From NCBI RefSeq assembly GCF_018977255.1, contig NW_024704742.1:51400001-51464000 (forward strand): a DNA stretch of 64,000 nt. Reading direction: 5' to 3'. Shown here one piece after another: positions 26,369 to 40,441 of this stretch. This stretch comes from Callorhinchus milii. Taxonomy: Eukaryota. The notes under the pieces were generated by a model. The model was not told where the DNA came from and did not search any database. It worked only from the letters and a program-made list of their open reading frames with translations. The first letter of the stretch is position 1; each line of letters starts with the position of its first letter. Position numbers and translations under genes: made by a program.

Positions 26369-26787
26369 GTAAGTATATCAGTTATGCATTTTTAACAATA
26401 AGTTGATTGTTTATATGTCTATTTTCCCCTTATGTATTGACCAGAGGATCTATGGTTGTGAACATAAGCAGGGGACTGACCAACTTTTATCAATGTTGCA
26501 AAGAAGAACTGGCAGGGGTGACTCTCTACCCTAAGATTTTGTTTTCCCCCTATTTTCCTGCAGTGCTTAATATTGCACCTATGACATCAAAAACACCTCA
26601 AAGTACTTTAAAAATAATTACTATAAAACGATAGCCAGTGTGCATCAAGATCTCGTAAACAGCCATGGCACAATTGTGTCAACCTGGCAGTGGGTAGCAG
26701 CACTCTTGCCTCTAAGTCAAAAAATTCAGTCCCAAAAGACACTGTAAGCAAAAGTTGTTATCCACCAAATTATGTTATTGATACATA

Positions 26788-26992
26788 AGAACATAAGAAA
26801 TAGAAGCAGGAGTAGGCCAATCGGCCCCTTGAGCCTTCCCCGCCATTTAATAAGATCATGGCTGATCTAACCTAACTCCATTTACCTGCCCTATCCCCAT
26901 ATTCCCTTAATCCCTTTAGTTTTCAAAAATCTATCGATCTCAGTCTTGAATATGTTGAATGACTGAGCATCCACAGCCTTCTGGGGTAGAGA
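26788..26992 (-). mobile_element. CR1 LINE 3' end (related pieces at about 7630-7810, 8958-9190, 9660-9970, 18050-18230, 18770-18960, 38785-38920, 57070-57300, 62780-62970)
   Basis: cataagaacataagaaatagaagcaggagtaggcc...aagatcatggctgatct, typical of fish CR1 3' ends. Confidence 0.75.
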
Positions 26993-27059
26993 ATATCATA
27001 AATTGATACAGATCTAAAATCAAGCTAGATGCCTCTGATATCTTCCAATCAATATCCTC

Positions 27060-27990
27060 AAGGTTTCCTCCTTACTTTGAGCTATAATACCATACAATAC
27101 CATCATCATCAATGTCCCACAAAATTAGCCTAGTGTCCAAGATGGTGAATGTATCACACGGGTGAGGCTGCCAACCAAACATCTAGAAACCAAAGCACTG
27201 CAAGACAACCAGAAATGCCTAAAATAGGTCCCACTTGATGCCATCCAACACATTATTGATGAATGCATTGTATTTTTGATGAATTCATTGCACTATGATT
27301 GCATTATTGATTAATACATTGTACTTGTAAGTGTATTTCGCTTACACACTGACCTTTGGGACTGCACTGAGAATGGGAGGAGAATGAGTGACAGTGAACA
27401 ATCTTGCCTCAGCCCTTTTTTGAGTTAACCTATCAATCTTTACGTGGAACTGTGAACTGAAATGCACACCCTGGATTAATTCCAAGATTTGGCCATGTAC
27501 TTGTAGCTTTCAGTTTCTTCAAGATGGTTGAGCCACTAGGTTGCAAGCCTTACAAAAATCAATGTGTGCAATGTAAGTGGATATTCCCATGAGCCTTAAG
27601 ACATTCTGCAAATTCATATAAACCCACATCTGCTCCACGCAATCCACACGAGAATGGAATCTATCTTAATCCTTCCAGGTTACATCTCTACCCCACAAAA
27701 TACAGTCAATCCACTTTACAATATATTCTATGAAGCACTTTGAGACACAATAAGGCTCTATATCAAAAGAGAGGATTATTATTATTATACACTTTGATCA
27801 CCCAAAGCACCAAGTTAAGTGCCACTAAAATCACAGATTCCTCAGTAGTTTGGGGTTTTGCCAAGACTACCTTCTTAAGTGTAGGTACGACAATTTCACT
27901 CTGGAACGTTGTTTGTGCTTCAGACAGAATCTTATCCACCATTCTGGGAAAGGTAGCTCCTAGATGAGTCTGGTTCTCAGGCACTTTCTG
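27060..27990 (-). mobile_element. Decayed RTE-like LINE fragment interrupted by a SINE tail (27690-27790)
   Basis: Minus strand DKILSEAQTTFQSE, then (L)YIAHIDFCKACNLV-like and GQILELIQGVH segments resembling RTE RT motifs. Confidence 0.5.
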
Positions 27991-28785
27991 ATAAGGATCT
28001 TAGAAAAAGATTTCCTTTTAAAGAAACTTTTACAGGTTCAGTTTTTCGAATTAAAGCTCAGCATTGCTGGATGGCCTGGAGCTTGATGACTTGTGAAGGC
28101 ACTAGTTACGGTTGGTGGGGGAGGGAAGAGACGAATGGTGGTGTCTATGACATTTATACTACCTGTCCTGAAAGTTTAATGTTTCAAAGCAAATATGAAA
28201 AACTTGGGAAGGAGGGGTAGAGAATGATGTTGTAATCTGTACCATTTACTTTTCATTACAAGCATGAAATTGGTCATAACATTGTAAATTCATGGTTGAT
28301 GTGGCTATCAGGCAATCGTTGTGTACAGAATGACTGCAGTTTTCTTTTTGGAAAGACTCAAAATAAAATCTGAATTGATGATGTTTAGAAAAATGATCCA
28401 GTTGGAAGGTTTTCCGATAGAACATCATAGGGAACAGCCTTTAAATATTCTGTCATTTGCGCCCCCCTGCTCCGCCATGCTCCTGATCCCTGACTGTTCA
28501 GTGCCAGTGACGTGAAAAGCATTTTACAAATGTAATTTTGTTGTTGTTTTTGTCATTCCCTGCCCTTTGAGGCTTTGCATTTCTATAATGTATTTACAGT
28601 ATAGAACTAATTTTAACAGCCATAATTTTGACCATAGGACATTGTGTGAAGGTTGAGATGATGAGGCTTCTTGAAGGCTAAAACATGGATAGATAGAGCA
28701 GCTTTAAAGGTGTATTGTTCTGTCGTGTGAGCCTAAAGCATTTATTACACCACCAATCATTACAATTCTGATACTTTTCTTTCAG

Positions 28786-28841
28786 GGCCAGTCTTATTGG
28801 ATGAATTTGTGGAATGGTTTAAAGAAAGACCGATGTCTTAG
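28786..28841 (+). CDS. DCUN1D4: DCUN1D4 last coding exon
   Basis: tttcag acceptor; WPVLLDEFVEWFKERPMS then TAG; completes the cullin-binding D-A-D patch (DEDGAWPVLLD). Confidence 0.97.
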
Positions 28842-31800
28842 CACTTTTGATTTGAAGGCAACAAACAGCCCAACTTCCATATTCAACATTAGCCATAAGA
28901 CCTAAGAAAACAATTTTGGAATGCAGTTTTTGTTTTTGTGTTCCCCTTAAAGAAATTCCCACTTGCTGGAAGCATCACCATCAACAAGCATTGTGCAACC
29001 AAGCACAAATCTGGTGTTCTACCTTCTCCTCTGAGCTGCTTTTACATTTTGTAATCAGACTACAACTATGGTACTGCTGACCACACTGTGATATCTTGCT
29101 GATGACATTGTGTATTCTGTGTTGTAAGCTGCTTCATGACAGGAACCTCATTTTGCAGAAGGGTTGTGAATTTCACTGAAAATTGTATTAAATGGTTAAA
29201 ATCTTAGATGAATATTCATTTGTTAAAAGACTTATTTAATTTATTCAGTGCACACCAGTAGAACTGTATAGTGCAACTTTATCTGATCAGATTCATGACT
29301 AGAATTGTTTTGGAAGCTTAGGTTGTTAGACAACAATGTGACTGACTTTGTTTGACTGCACCCAGCTGAAGGTCAATATTGCTGAGTTTGTTGAGCCTAA
29401 CCTTTTGCCTTGTATTTCCTGGCTAATAGGCTGGGTGTTTATTTATATATTTGTTCATATAACTCATTTGCCTCAATAGTTTAAAAATGTCCTTTCAATG
29501 GGCACATGAGCTTAATTATGATGCTACCAAGTTTACCCATTTTAAAGTCACTGTTTGCCAGATGTGCAGATCAGCTTCTATTCCTGTCTTTAGTATCTTG
29601 CAAGATTTCTTGAATGATTTAATTCAAGAAATGTTCTTTTTCCTTTTGGTTCAGAATGAATAAGTGCATCACTGCATTAACTATTGTAATAGCACTTTCT
29701 GAAAAGTGCTGATCATTAATTCGATTTTGTTTTTCAACCAAGCCTATGTTTTTTTTAAATGGGGTTCACGTCACAAAAGTCACTTTCTGGTTGGGGTTTA
29801 ACACATTAATTTGAGATCAATGCCAACAGTACCACAATGTGATGAGAATGTCCTAAAGCTACCTTTTTGATCAAGTAATGAAAGGTAAATGATGTACATG
29901 AGAAGCAATGTTTTTTTGGAATTGCATTTTTCTGTTGCCTTAGACAACTTCCACCAAAGACTACAGTTGCTGCCTATCTAACCCATAGATCCTAGTAGGG
30001 TTTGACCACCTTTTAGTATATTGCACCTGTGCCAACAGATATGCCGTAGTACTTGCTCTATGTTAGCATGATTTGAAAAATCCCACAAACCTGGGAAGTG
30101 ATGACACTTTTTGTTCTATAAAATGGGACGAAGCATAGGTGGGATGAATTAGGAACTGTGTAACCTTACGGTGTGATCAATAATGTAAGATGTTCCAAAA
30201 CTGTTTTTGTGCCACAAGCATATACGTGGTTACCTGTGTAAGAAATATCTATATATCCTATCTTTCTATAACTGAAATGCAGATGGGATTCTCCTTAAAA
30301 ATAATGTTGGCTTCAAAGTATTTGTCCACTTCAGCATCAAATAGTTCCATTTATTGCACAATATTTAAATGGGAAGAATCTTGTTTAAATGCCTGTTATA
30401 CAGACAATGCCATACCATCTAATTTCCAATTCAAAATCTGCATGGAGGTGGAACTTGCACAGGACTGTATAGTTTTTACTTAAAGAAAAAAGGCATTGTG
30501 AGCTATTTTCCCTTCTCCTTGATTGCATTTTGTATTCGTGAACATTTGGATGGCCTCTTCTATGACAGCACAACTGACTAAAAGCGCAGTGTTGTGTGGT
30601 TGCCTAGGTTTGATCTTTAAGAAGAAACTTAACCAATGCTAGGAAATCAGTTCTAGTCATTCGGCGATTTTATCCTAGATCTTGGACATCCTTTTATTAA
30701 TTTTAAAATGTTGAAATGCTGTACATCATTGGGCCCTATATCTGCTATGTTTTTGATGCTATTAACCTAAATAGATCAGGTATGGAGCAGGTATTGTTGG
30801 CTTTTTTTTAAAAAAAAGCTCTTTTGCATTCAATTCCTGCGATTATGGAAATATCAGCAATTAGTGTTATGTAAAATGTTGCAAGGTTGTGCCGGTGATG
30901 AAGTTGTACATGATAGGCCTCCTGTTTTATCATTTGTTATTGTGCTTACACTTTGATGACCTGACTTTCTGATTTCTTAAAGTAGATCAAGTACAGCTAA
31001 TTGTTATTTTTTGTGTCAACCTGCATGGTTATGACATTTGCACAATGAGAAGTACTTGTGGAAACAGTTAACTTAAATCTCAAATTATAGCACTTTTTAT
31101 GAACATTTATTTTTGTCTGGCTCCAGTTTTCAGTCCTGAGTCTTGCAAGCCTACCAGAACAAAACATTCATTCACTGAAAACTACATAATTGCAGCATGG
31201 AATATTCCATGCATTACATCTAATTGGGAGATTTTTACAAGCCTGTTATTGAACACAAGTACCAAGGTAATTGCTATATTTTTTGAATATGCCAACTGTA
31301 ATTCGGATTTCGCTAATTCAATCACTATGAATACCAGCGTGACAACCTTAAAACCATGTCCGGATCTTACCAGCTGCTATGAATTTTGTGTTTTGTCCGA
31401 TATTCCATTTTTTCTGCTTTTAAAACAGGCAATCAGATGTATGGAAATGTCAAGTCTTGTCTTGTACATGAAGAATTCTTCAGTCCAAAACTTTCAAATG
31501 TTTTTGACAACCTTTGATATTATGTTAATAACCATGTAGGTACAGAATACAGTGAGTTTGCACTTTATGGGAACATCAAGAGTCTTCAGGAATGAGAATC
31601 TTAAACTCCTAAGTCTAAATACACATAATAGGTTTCATATTTTCCCAGTATCCAATTTCATTGACCTGCGATATAAGCTATTTTAAATAAACTGCTCACA
31701 AATGAAAATATCGCAGCAGGTTATGGTTCAAGAAGTGGTTCAAGGCTACATTTCTAAATGTGGGCTACAATTGTATATGTGTGGCTAGTTCTTAATATCC

Positions 31801-32440
31801 ATTGCCATATGATACATGACTTAGTTTCTTCAGAGACCAGAGTCAGAATACCATCTGTAAAATCTCCCCACATTACAACTGTATGGCTCCCAAAAGCTGC
31901 CTTGTATGTGATCATTCTAAGAGTACAATAAATTTCAAATTATGAAACTAATCAACTTAAAATGTGTAAATCAACAGTTAATAACATTAGTTTTAAGTAC
32001 ATTTGCCAAAGGGGATTTTGCAACATTAGCCATTTATTTAGAAAAATGATTAACTGCTGCTTTTACCAAGCTTATTTTTGTACACTTACTGTGCTGTTAC
32101 TGTATATATTTTTTTAGTTTCTGAAATTTGTGTTGGGTTCAGTTCCTTAGTATGATGGAATAATGATTGTCAGCTTGCTTAAAGTATCCAGTAAAATGGA
32201 TGCACTGCCTAGTCCTAAAAATCAATGTAAAGCACGTCTTATGCACAATGAAACAGCTGTTCAGATCAGTAAGTGGTGATCCCACTCCAATGTTTTGTAG
32301 TAAGAAAGTCTTCCTTATTCAGATTGCTACTGTAAAGTGTGTACACTGGTTTCAAATGTTTAAGCTTGTTTTCCAATTTATTTATCAGCACACAGAATCG
32401 TGTATTGCAAGTCATTAAATAGTGGTGATTAAATTGAACA
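28842..32440 (+). other. DCUN1D4: Probable long DCUN1D4 3' UTR
   Basis: U-rich and free of recognisable transposons after the stop; AATAAA at 31927, ATTAAA at 32414 and 32428 followed by a GU/U-rich tract; end is inferred. Confidence 0.55.
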
Positions 32441-33939
32441 CTGACTCAGTTGTCTTGTTTTAAATCTTTTGTTAACTTTGCTTAATTTTAAAAATGTGTA
32501 TATATAGAAAATATTGTTTCCATCAGTGAACTGCCACAATCTGCACATTTTTCTGAAGAAATTAGTTAAACTGTATAACCTGATCCTTCAAATGCTTAAC
32601 AACCATTAACCTCTAGGAATATTTTCAGGAAGGGCAGAATTCATTTTTTTCATAATTTTATGATGATGACTTCTTTTGTAAATTTTACATTTTATGGAAG
32701 GGCAAAGTAAGTTTACCTGCATTTCTTTCTAATTCTGTCAACTTCCATAGGTAAAAATTGTATCTATCCCCCTTTCCACAATGGAATTGGAAGAATTGCA
32801 TGAAGAAATTAATTCCTCTAAAATGAGGTAATCTATTTATTCTTTCTTTTCTGCCATCCCTCTTCTTCAAGCTCTCTTTGAGGCATGATATCCTTACTGC
32901 TTGGTCACTACTCGGCTTTTCCTGTTGCACAACTGAGGAAACTAATTAGCTTTGATTGGGATTCGGTCCTTCTCCCCATTCACCCCACCCTTTTTTGAAA
33001 TTCTCTTAACAACCTTTAAGAAATTTGTGCTGTTTTCAACACCTTGAAATGTTGCCTGACTCAACACCACTAAATGCTTGAATTTATCATTTTATTTTCT
33101 TGTCTGTGGATCAATGATTGTACAACGCCCTAAGTGTGGTCCGTGAAGTCAGTTGCAGTCTGCTGTAAGCTTCAGTCTCCGAAAATAACCTTGGCCTTGG
33201 TACAGGTAGATTCCTCATTTCACCACAGTAAGAATCAGTATTAAGTGTTAGATTGGAGAATGTATCCAGGTGTCTCGGTGGGAATCATAAACAAATAACA
33301 TTTGGGTGAAGTGGGTTCAAGCCCTGTGTTGAAAAGTGAGTTCATAGTCTAATAGGGGGAGTGCCCTGTAGGGGGCTCCACCACTGGTAAGCACTCTGAG
33401 ACGCTACCTTGTGTGGAGGGCGCTATATAAGTGCAAGTTGTTGCTGTTGCTGCAACAAGTATTATCTTTTGGATGAGATGTTGAAACAATGATCTCAGCT
33501 GCTGGTATCCAGTTAAAAGAACCCCCATGACTATTCAAAATGAAGAAGCTTTTCCCTGTTTCCTGAGTAACAATAGTTCAGGTTAAATGGTCGTTCAGTT
33601 GTTTATGGGATCTTGCTACCCTAAATAACTAGAAACCCAGTCGCCATGCAATATATCAAATGCAAGGATTATAATTATTATTATATCTTATGAAGTGCTT
33701 TGAGATGTTTTCATATAGGACTCTACAAAAGCCATTTTTTTTCTCACTTCCTCTGGTTTAAATTACTGCTTATATGTTAAGGCACTATACCTCATCAGGA
33801 GTCAGCACCATACAGGTAGGTAAAGTTTCTTTTTAAATGTTGGAGAACAATGAGCTTGCTATCCTAATGACACATACAATTATGAATATTTGTTGCACAT
33901 GATCCAACAACTAGCAAATATAAAGAAAAACTGCTTATG

Positions 33940-36900
33940 CTGAGTTATTAACACAATATATTTATTAAACAAAACTTAGTGTAGCACATAATGCTTGGCA
34001 ACAATACTTCAAGTTTGTAAACAATACATGGATTAAAAAAGGCTTTCCTTGTCCTAGTACTGTAGTACAATGAAAGTTGTTTCAACAGGAGGATGACTGT
34101 AGAATACACCTGTTACATTCTTCCCATATTGTGAGAGTTGCCCTTTAAGAATAACCTATGAAACCATAGAAATTCACAGCACAGAAGGCCATTCAACCCA
34201 CTGCGCTGGTGTGAAAGTTCAGTTCCATTTGCTTGCCTTTCTCCAATAGAATTGACAAGAGTGCTCAGGGTGATAAAGAATAAATGTACTGCCCAGCTAT
34301 CAAACCAGCAGCGTGATACTGGTAGTTCTTTTATTCTGCTTTGTGAATCATTGGTTTCTCTTCATTGTTGTCAAATTACCATTGGTAGATACCTCAAGGT
34401 CCTTTGGTGTTCTTATATCAGTTTTGTGTGTCAGACAATCACTTTTCCAAAGTATCTTGTCTGATTTATCATTCATTTTAATTGCAATAGGAAAAGAAAT
34501 CTAAAATGAATCAGTTAGGTATTAAAAAAANCACTGAAGTATCTCCAAAATTAATTTGATAAATGTATTGTAAATCTTACACATCTTGGGAAAACTGGTA
34601 AATGCTCAAAGTCCAATTATTCAGGCATCTCCAAGGCATAGTCATTTGTACAAACCAACCCTGCCTCTACTTTTGTCCACATTAACTCAATTCTTAAAAA
34701 GCAAAGTAAATGCATTACTTCATGCAAAATTAAAGTACATATAGTAAATATAAATACTGTTAATATATTTTAAATATATATGCTAATGAAGGCTATGTCG
34801 ATATTGCACCTCAAAAATAATTTCCAATGAGCTTTGGTTAAATATAAAGAAAGCTTTACAGGTTATTACATAAGATTGCACGATCATGCTTCTGACCTCT
34901 GACTACACACAAAAGTTCTTAAATGCCAAATTGACAGCAATACATGGGAAAACGTTGTTTAATAGTAGTGCTAGTTACGATTAGGCAAGTTATTCCTGCA
35001 TCCCAGCCATTAAAATACACAAACATTTAATTTTCCCTTTCACAAATCGCAATTTTCATACTGCATAATAATACTATATGTCTCGCTTATATATTATTTA
35101 AAGCCATGCTATGGATTACATCTAATCCCACAATTACTTCCTTTCTATTGTTTTCATTATTAAATGTGTTATTTCACATCGAGAAATCTGAACTTTAGTT
35201 CAAACATAGCTTATTTAATGCAGTGAATGACCATTCTGGACGGGTAGGCCTTAACTGCGCCAAAAATGGCTATTTTTAAAACATTTTTCCAAAGGCTTCT
35301 TTTAAAATGCTCTCAAAACATGGAACAATGTATACCAATTCCTGAATGGCATAGCTATGTCTTTTCGTTATGTATTTAAATGCCCTGTTTAAATATTACA
35401 TAGCATGAGTTTTGAAAACATAACCAATGAACAGTTAATGCTAAAATGTAGTCTTCCCTAAAACATTAATCAGAATAAAGTCTTCAGCAAGACAAAATAA
35501 TAATACTCTAGTTTTCAAAAATAAAACATGCAGACATATTTGAACTACTTGCAAAATTAAAGCTATACAGTCAAAGTAACTTTTTCAGTTCAAATCAAAC
35601 ATGACGCAAGTTTATATTAAGTAAATAAATGCAATAAATGCAAAAAATGTTTAGTGGCAGTGTGTTAACAATGGGGTAAATATTAGGTAGCACTGGCGAC
35701 AAAATGAACATGAGGACTAGAAAAGAACAGAAATCATATTGCAAGTCGGATGCCCTGCTGCAATGTACAATTACTTTTTTTAAAAAACTGATTTGGCACA
35801 TAGCATCACTAAAAACTTGCATTAATATATGCACTTAATAAATGCATTACTCATTTTCCATATACTAAAACATGAATTGTTAGAAAAATTCACAGAAAAC
35901 ATTTGAATGTTCTCCAGTCTCCACTTAATTGTATTTTTTTCCCCCTAGATTTTCATGACAAATTACAATTCGATCTGAAGTGAGTTGTACAGTTTTGGTT
36001 ACATTTAAATTTTCTTTCAACTTGTTTATTAGGTTTACTTTGTGGCTTATTCCAAACACACAATTGCCATACAATGCAACATAAAGAGAAATGCGTTACC
36101 CCAACTTTCCTACGCGTTTCAAAAAAAATTCAGTTTGGAGCTAACTGCCCAAAATGTCACTTCTTAAAATATAAGTCATACCTGCAGAATTTTTAATTGT
36201 CCCTTTTATGGTGTTAATCCCACCTCCTTATACCGTAATAACTAACATTTAGAACATTTAACTGGTGGTAATAACCCTTGCATTTTATATTGCGCCTTAT
36301 GTTTTCAAGACGTCTCAAAGTGCATCACAGAATGTACTGCAAAAGTGAATTCACTATATCTTATGGGCAAAATGACTGATTCGTGACTGGGGTCTAAATG
36401 TCCACCCAGTGGAGAGGAATAAAATTACAATGGGAGGGAGAATCTTATTAATAAAACCATATAGGAAAAACACTGTTTATTCATCATTTCAAATCCATAC
36501 TCTATTGCACAAGTCCAAATACCTGACAATGGCAGAGACTGATTTCTGGATAAATATCAACTATTGGGGGAAAAAACATCCATCTGCTAAAATTAAAATT
36601 CATGTTATTTGTAGTTTCAAATATAATCTTAACATTGCAAAAATTAATAAAACAAAGTCCCATTGTGTAACTATTGCATACTGCTAAAGTATTTGGCAAT
36701 GTGAAATGGGAAGTCCCAATCACTTAAGGTTTTAGACGAGATGGAACAAAAATCCAATTATTACTACCAAAAGGTTGTTGCGGTACAGACAGCGCTCTCA
36801 TTGCCATTTACCCTGCTATCTGGTAACAGGAATCAGCTGCTTATGGCAGGATCACAATCTCATGGCATCAGAATGTCACTTAACTTGAATACCTGGTTTG

Positions 36901-38222
36901 CTTTGACCGCAATACAGACAGCATTTTAAGCATTATCGTATGGAGGATGGGTGGTGGGGGAGGGTGTGGCACTATGTATTTAATGGCTGTCTGAACAGTT
37001 TGTGGTACATTTTCCCAGCAGAAAATAACTAGATTTATGTTGCATGAAGGCAGCAGTCACCTCTAGCATTGCGTGTGAACGACAGGTTGTGTTACCTCAT
37101 TTGGAAGTAGCTGCCTCTGGTTTCCACAAAAGTACAGGTTCATAATATGGAACTGACACTGATCAGCTGTATTGTGGCATTGGATTACCAATTCTCAGTT
37201 TATCAGATGCCTAGTGTTTAACCACATACGCAGTGGTTGAGGCTTCAGCCACCATACTCTTGGTCTCTTCTTCCAAACTACTTTGCCTTGCTGTCTCTCT
37301 CCTTCCCTCGCCTTCAAAAATCTCCTGAATTCTCTCTCTGACTGGTCAGTACTTGGTAAGAACTGGATTTGTTAAATTCCATTTTTCTAAATGGGAAAAT
37401 CGTTAAAACACATTGAGAAGCAGAGGGCAGAGGGGTAAATAAAAATAATCCTTGCATTTGATATTGCGCCTTTCATGAGGGGAAGAGACTCAAAGCACTT
37501 CACAGGATTTACTGTAAAGTGAGGTGATTGTATTTTGTAGGCAAAATAAACAGCGAGTATGTCTTATTCAAAATTAAAATTATTCGTCCAGAAACTTAAG
37601 AAAGTAACATATGAAATAATTATTTACCCAAAGCAAAATATTCTCAGTATTAGATGCTCCCTCGGCCATGGTGCTAGGATGTTACATGGAAAAGCTGGGA
37701 TGGATTCACTGAGCGAAGGAAAGAAAGAAGGGAGTTTTGACCAATCAGAGCTGCCCAACCTTGGGCAAGGTTCAGTCCCATGAATGCAGTGATTTTCACA
37801 CATACAGAACTTTCCCAGGTCGGACAATTCTGGATCAACTTTTCAAGCCAAATGTGCCATTCCCACTAAACTCAAGGAATTGCTCTAGAATCGATAATGC
37901 AGCCTTGAAGAACAGCTCCCCAGATCGGCCTATTCAGGAGAGACAGATGCTAGGGATTGTTTTGAAGCGTGAATTTCTCACTTCAGATAAAGAATAATTT
38001 TACAAACATCTTATTTGTTTAATTCTAGAGGGAGTACTTGGAACAAAAAGTAATCTCTCTAGACGTTATTCCCCTTTATATAATTAGGCACTCAGAGTGT
38101 CTATAATGACCTAGTTACACATTAGTTATACTGCATTAAAACAGAAAATATTCCACATTAAATTGAGAAACACATTGTTGTCATTCTATTCAACCCTCAT
38201 TTTTGGTGACTGGCTGAGATTC
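33940..38222 (-). other. SGCB: Probable SGCB 3' UTR
   Basis: Follows the SGCB stop; minus-strand AATAAA at 36025-36030 and 33961-33966; end is inferred. Confidence 0.45.
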
Positions 38223-38426
38223 CTAGCGTGTGAAACCACAGGGATTTTCGGACGTTTGGCAACCTGTGTTTCGGTTTTTCACCTGAACGCGGAAAAGTGT
38301 TCCATCCGCACACATGCAGAGTTTGTAGCGCTCCCAGCTGTTGTCCACCAAAAGCTCACCAGTCGCTGAGTGCGGGAGCCGTGAAGTGATGAGCATCACA
38401 GTCCCATTGAGAATAATGCTGTTTTC
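38223..38426 (-). CDS. SGCB: Beta-sarcoglycan exon 6 (Cys-rich C-terminus, stop)
   Basis: ttttag acceptor; ENSIILNGTVMLITSRLPHSATGELLVDNSWERYKLCMCADGTLFRVQVKNRNTGCQTSENPCGFTR then TAG. Confidence 0.97.
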   Translation of the reverse strand, partial: ENSIILNGTVMLITSRLPHSATGELLVDNSWERYKLCMCADGTLFRVQVKNRNTGCQTSENPCGFTR

Positions 38427-39879
38427 CTAAAAGTGGAAGACAAAATTGAACTTTGTTAAACATCAACACCTGAATTGGGACTCTTGTGGAAGAAAATATT
38501 AATAGACACAGTTTCACACACTTATCTCTGCAAACTTTCATGTAATTTGTGGCACAAAGCAATAGGACACACTTTACCTTTGGGGCTTGTTCAAATTTAT
38601 GCAGTATGGCATTTTTTAAATGAGTTTGAATATTGAACACTTTCTACCTTCTGATGAATAGACTACCCAGTCTGGCCTGGACTGGCACGCTGCTCCGTGT
38701 GAAGAGCGCTATATAAATGGAAGTTGTTGTTCTTGGTCCTTACATGTTCATTCCAAACACTGAGACATGACTTTTCAGGACTCATAGAAGCAAGTCGGCC
38801 AGTCAGCCCCTCAAGCCTGTTCAGCCATTCTATAAGATCATGACTGATTTGTACCTCAACTCTAATTACCCGCCCTTACCCCATATTCCTTAATACCCTT
38901 ACCTAATAAATATCTATCCAAAATAAATATATTGGCATTGGGAACCTGAGACTCCTCCTCAGGTTCCCAACCCCAATACTGAAAACAATACAACCTGCCT
39001 TACAAAAGTTTAATTCAATTTCTCAGACTCTCAACTTATCCTCAAGCTTAGACTACCAGTGGGTACACAACTGAATTCCAGGATTCTTGGGCTAACTTTC
39101 TTCCAAGTTTTCAACTAAAATAATGGGATTATAATTCAAGCCTAAACTATAAATATACTAAAATACAATGGAGTGACAAATGTTATGTTAGTACATCAAA
39201 TCTGTAAGGAAACATCGCAATTTCAGTTGTTAATTATTGAGTGATTTACAATACAATACAATTTACATTTATACAGCACATTTCCCATCAGGAGGATATC
39301 TGAAAGCACTTAACAGTGAACACCCATTCCCGACTGACTCATTGGGTCTGAAACTGGTCCAAAGCCTCTGATGTGTCTGCTGTCACAGTGAGTAGCATTA
39401 CAGTGCTGCTTTACCGAATGCCAGACTAATAGATAGCACATTAAATATTGTGAAACTCGTCTTTACAGCTTAAATTTCACTTTATAAAAAAATATTACTG
39501 CTTGCCCTCAATGGTGACAGTTTATCATGGTCCGTTACAATAAACAGAACCCATGTAAAGCAGTTTTCACTTTGCTAGGGAGCATGGCTAACAACATAGA
39601 CAGACATATATGCCGGATTCTAAATGAATCAGAAAAATCAATGGTGCAACCTTATTCATAAGGTTTTAATAATCAATAGCTACTCCCATGGAATTTTTGT
39701 CTTAGCTTGTAAGACCATCCTGTCTAGAAATTTAAGGCTGTGAAGAATAAAGAAAAATTCTTAAAATTCAGCTTTAACTTGGAAATTGGTTCTTTTTAAG
39801 AACTATGAATAAATGTCTAAATTAAAATTTAATTTAAGAATTTTTCACAATTGATGTCTTAAATTTTAAGACAAAATAA

Positions 39880-40160
39880 CAATAATCCTTGCATTTGATA
39901 CAGCGCCTTACCTACCACGTCTTCGAAACACCTCAAAGCTCTTCACAGAGTTGAATTGACTGCATATTTTTGTGGGAGAAACGCAGCAGCCAATTGCCCA
40001 GCGGAAAAGTGATCTACCAATCAACTAACAACCAGGTTCCTACTTACTGCTAGGTAAACAGAGGTGTGTGGAGTAAGGAAACTTGCCCAACATTTCGCCC
40101 TGCCCAGGAATCAAACCCAGCTTCTCTCTCTTGCGAAGCAAGTGTTCTAGGACAGGACTG
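39880..40160 (-). mobile_element. tRNA-derived SINE
   Basis: Same family motifs. Confidence 0.85.
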
Positions 40161-40441
40161 CAGACTAATACTAGAAGACTTTTCGGGTCTCAGGCCCTTA
40201 TGTGTTTAGAGACAAAGAATACTGCTCCAGTGTTCATTCAAGATATGATCACAGGACTAACAACATTTTAAAAGTTCACTTAACTGTATTGCTTTCAAAG
40301 AACAAAGATGGTGTAGATGGGAGCAGGAAAAGAGAAGCTAGAATATAGTGAAAAAAGCTAGCATATAGCGAAAAGATTCTGAGCCCTGCTTATGAATTCA
40401 AGGTAGACGAGCTGAGTGCTACCAAAGAACTTTGTACTCAC

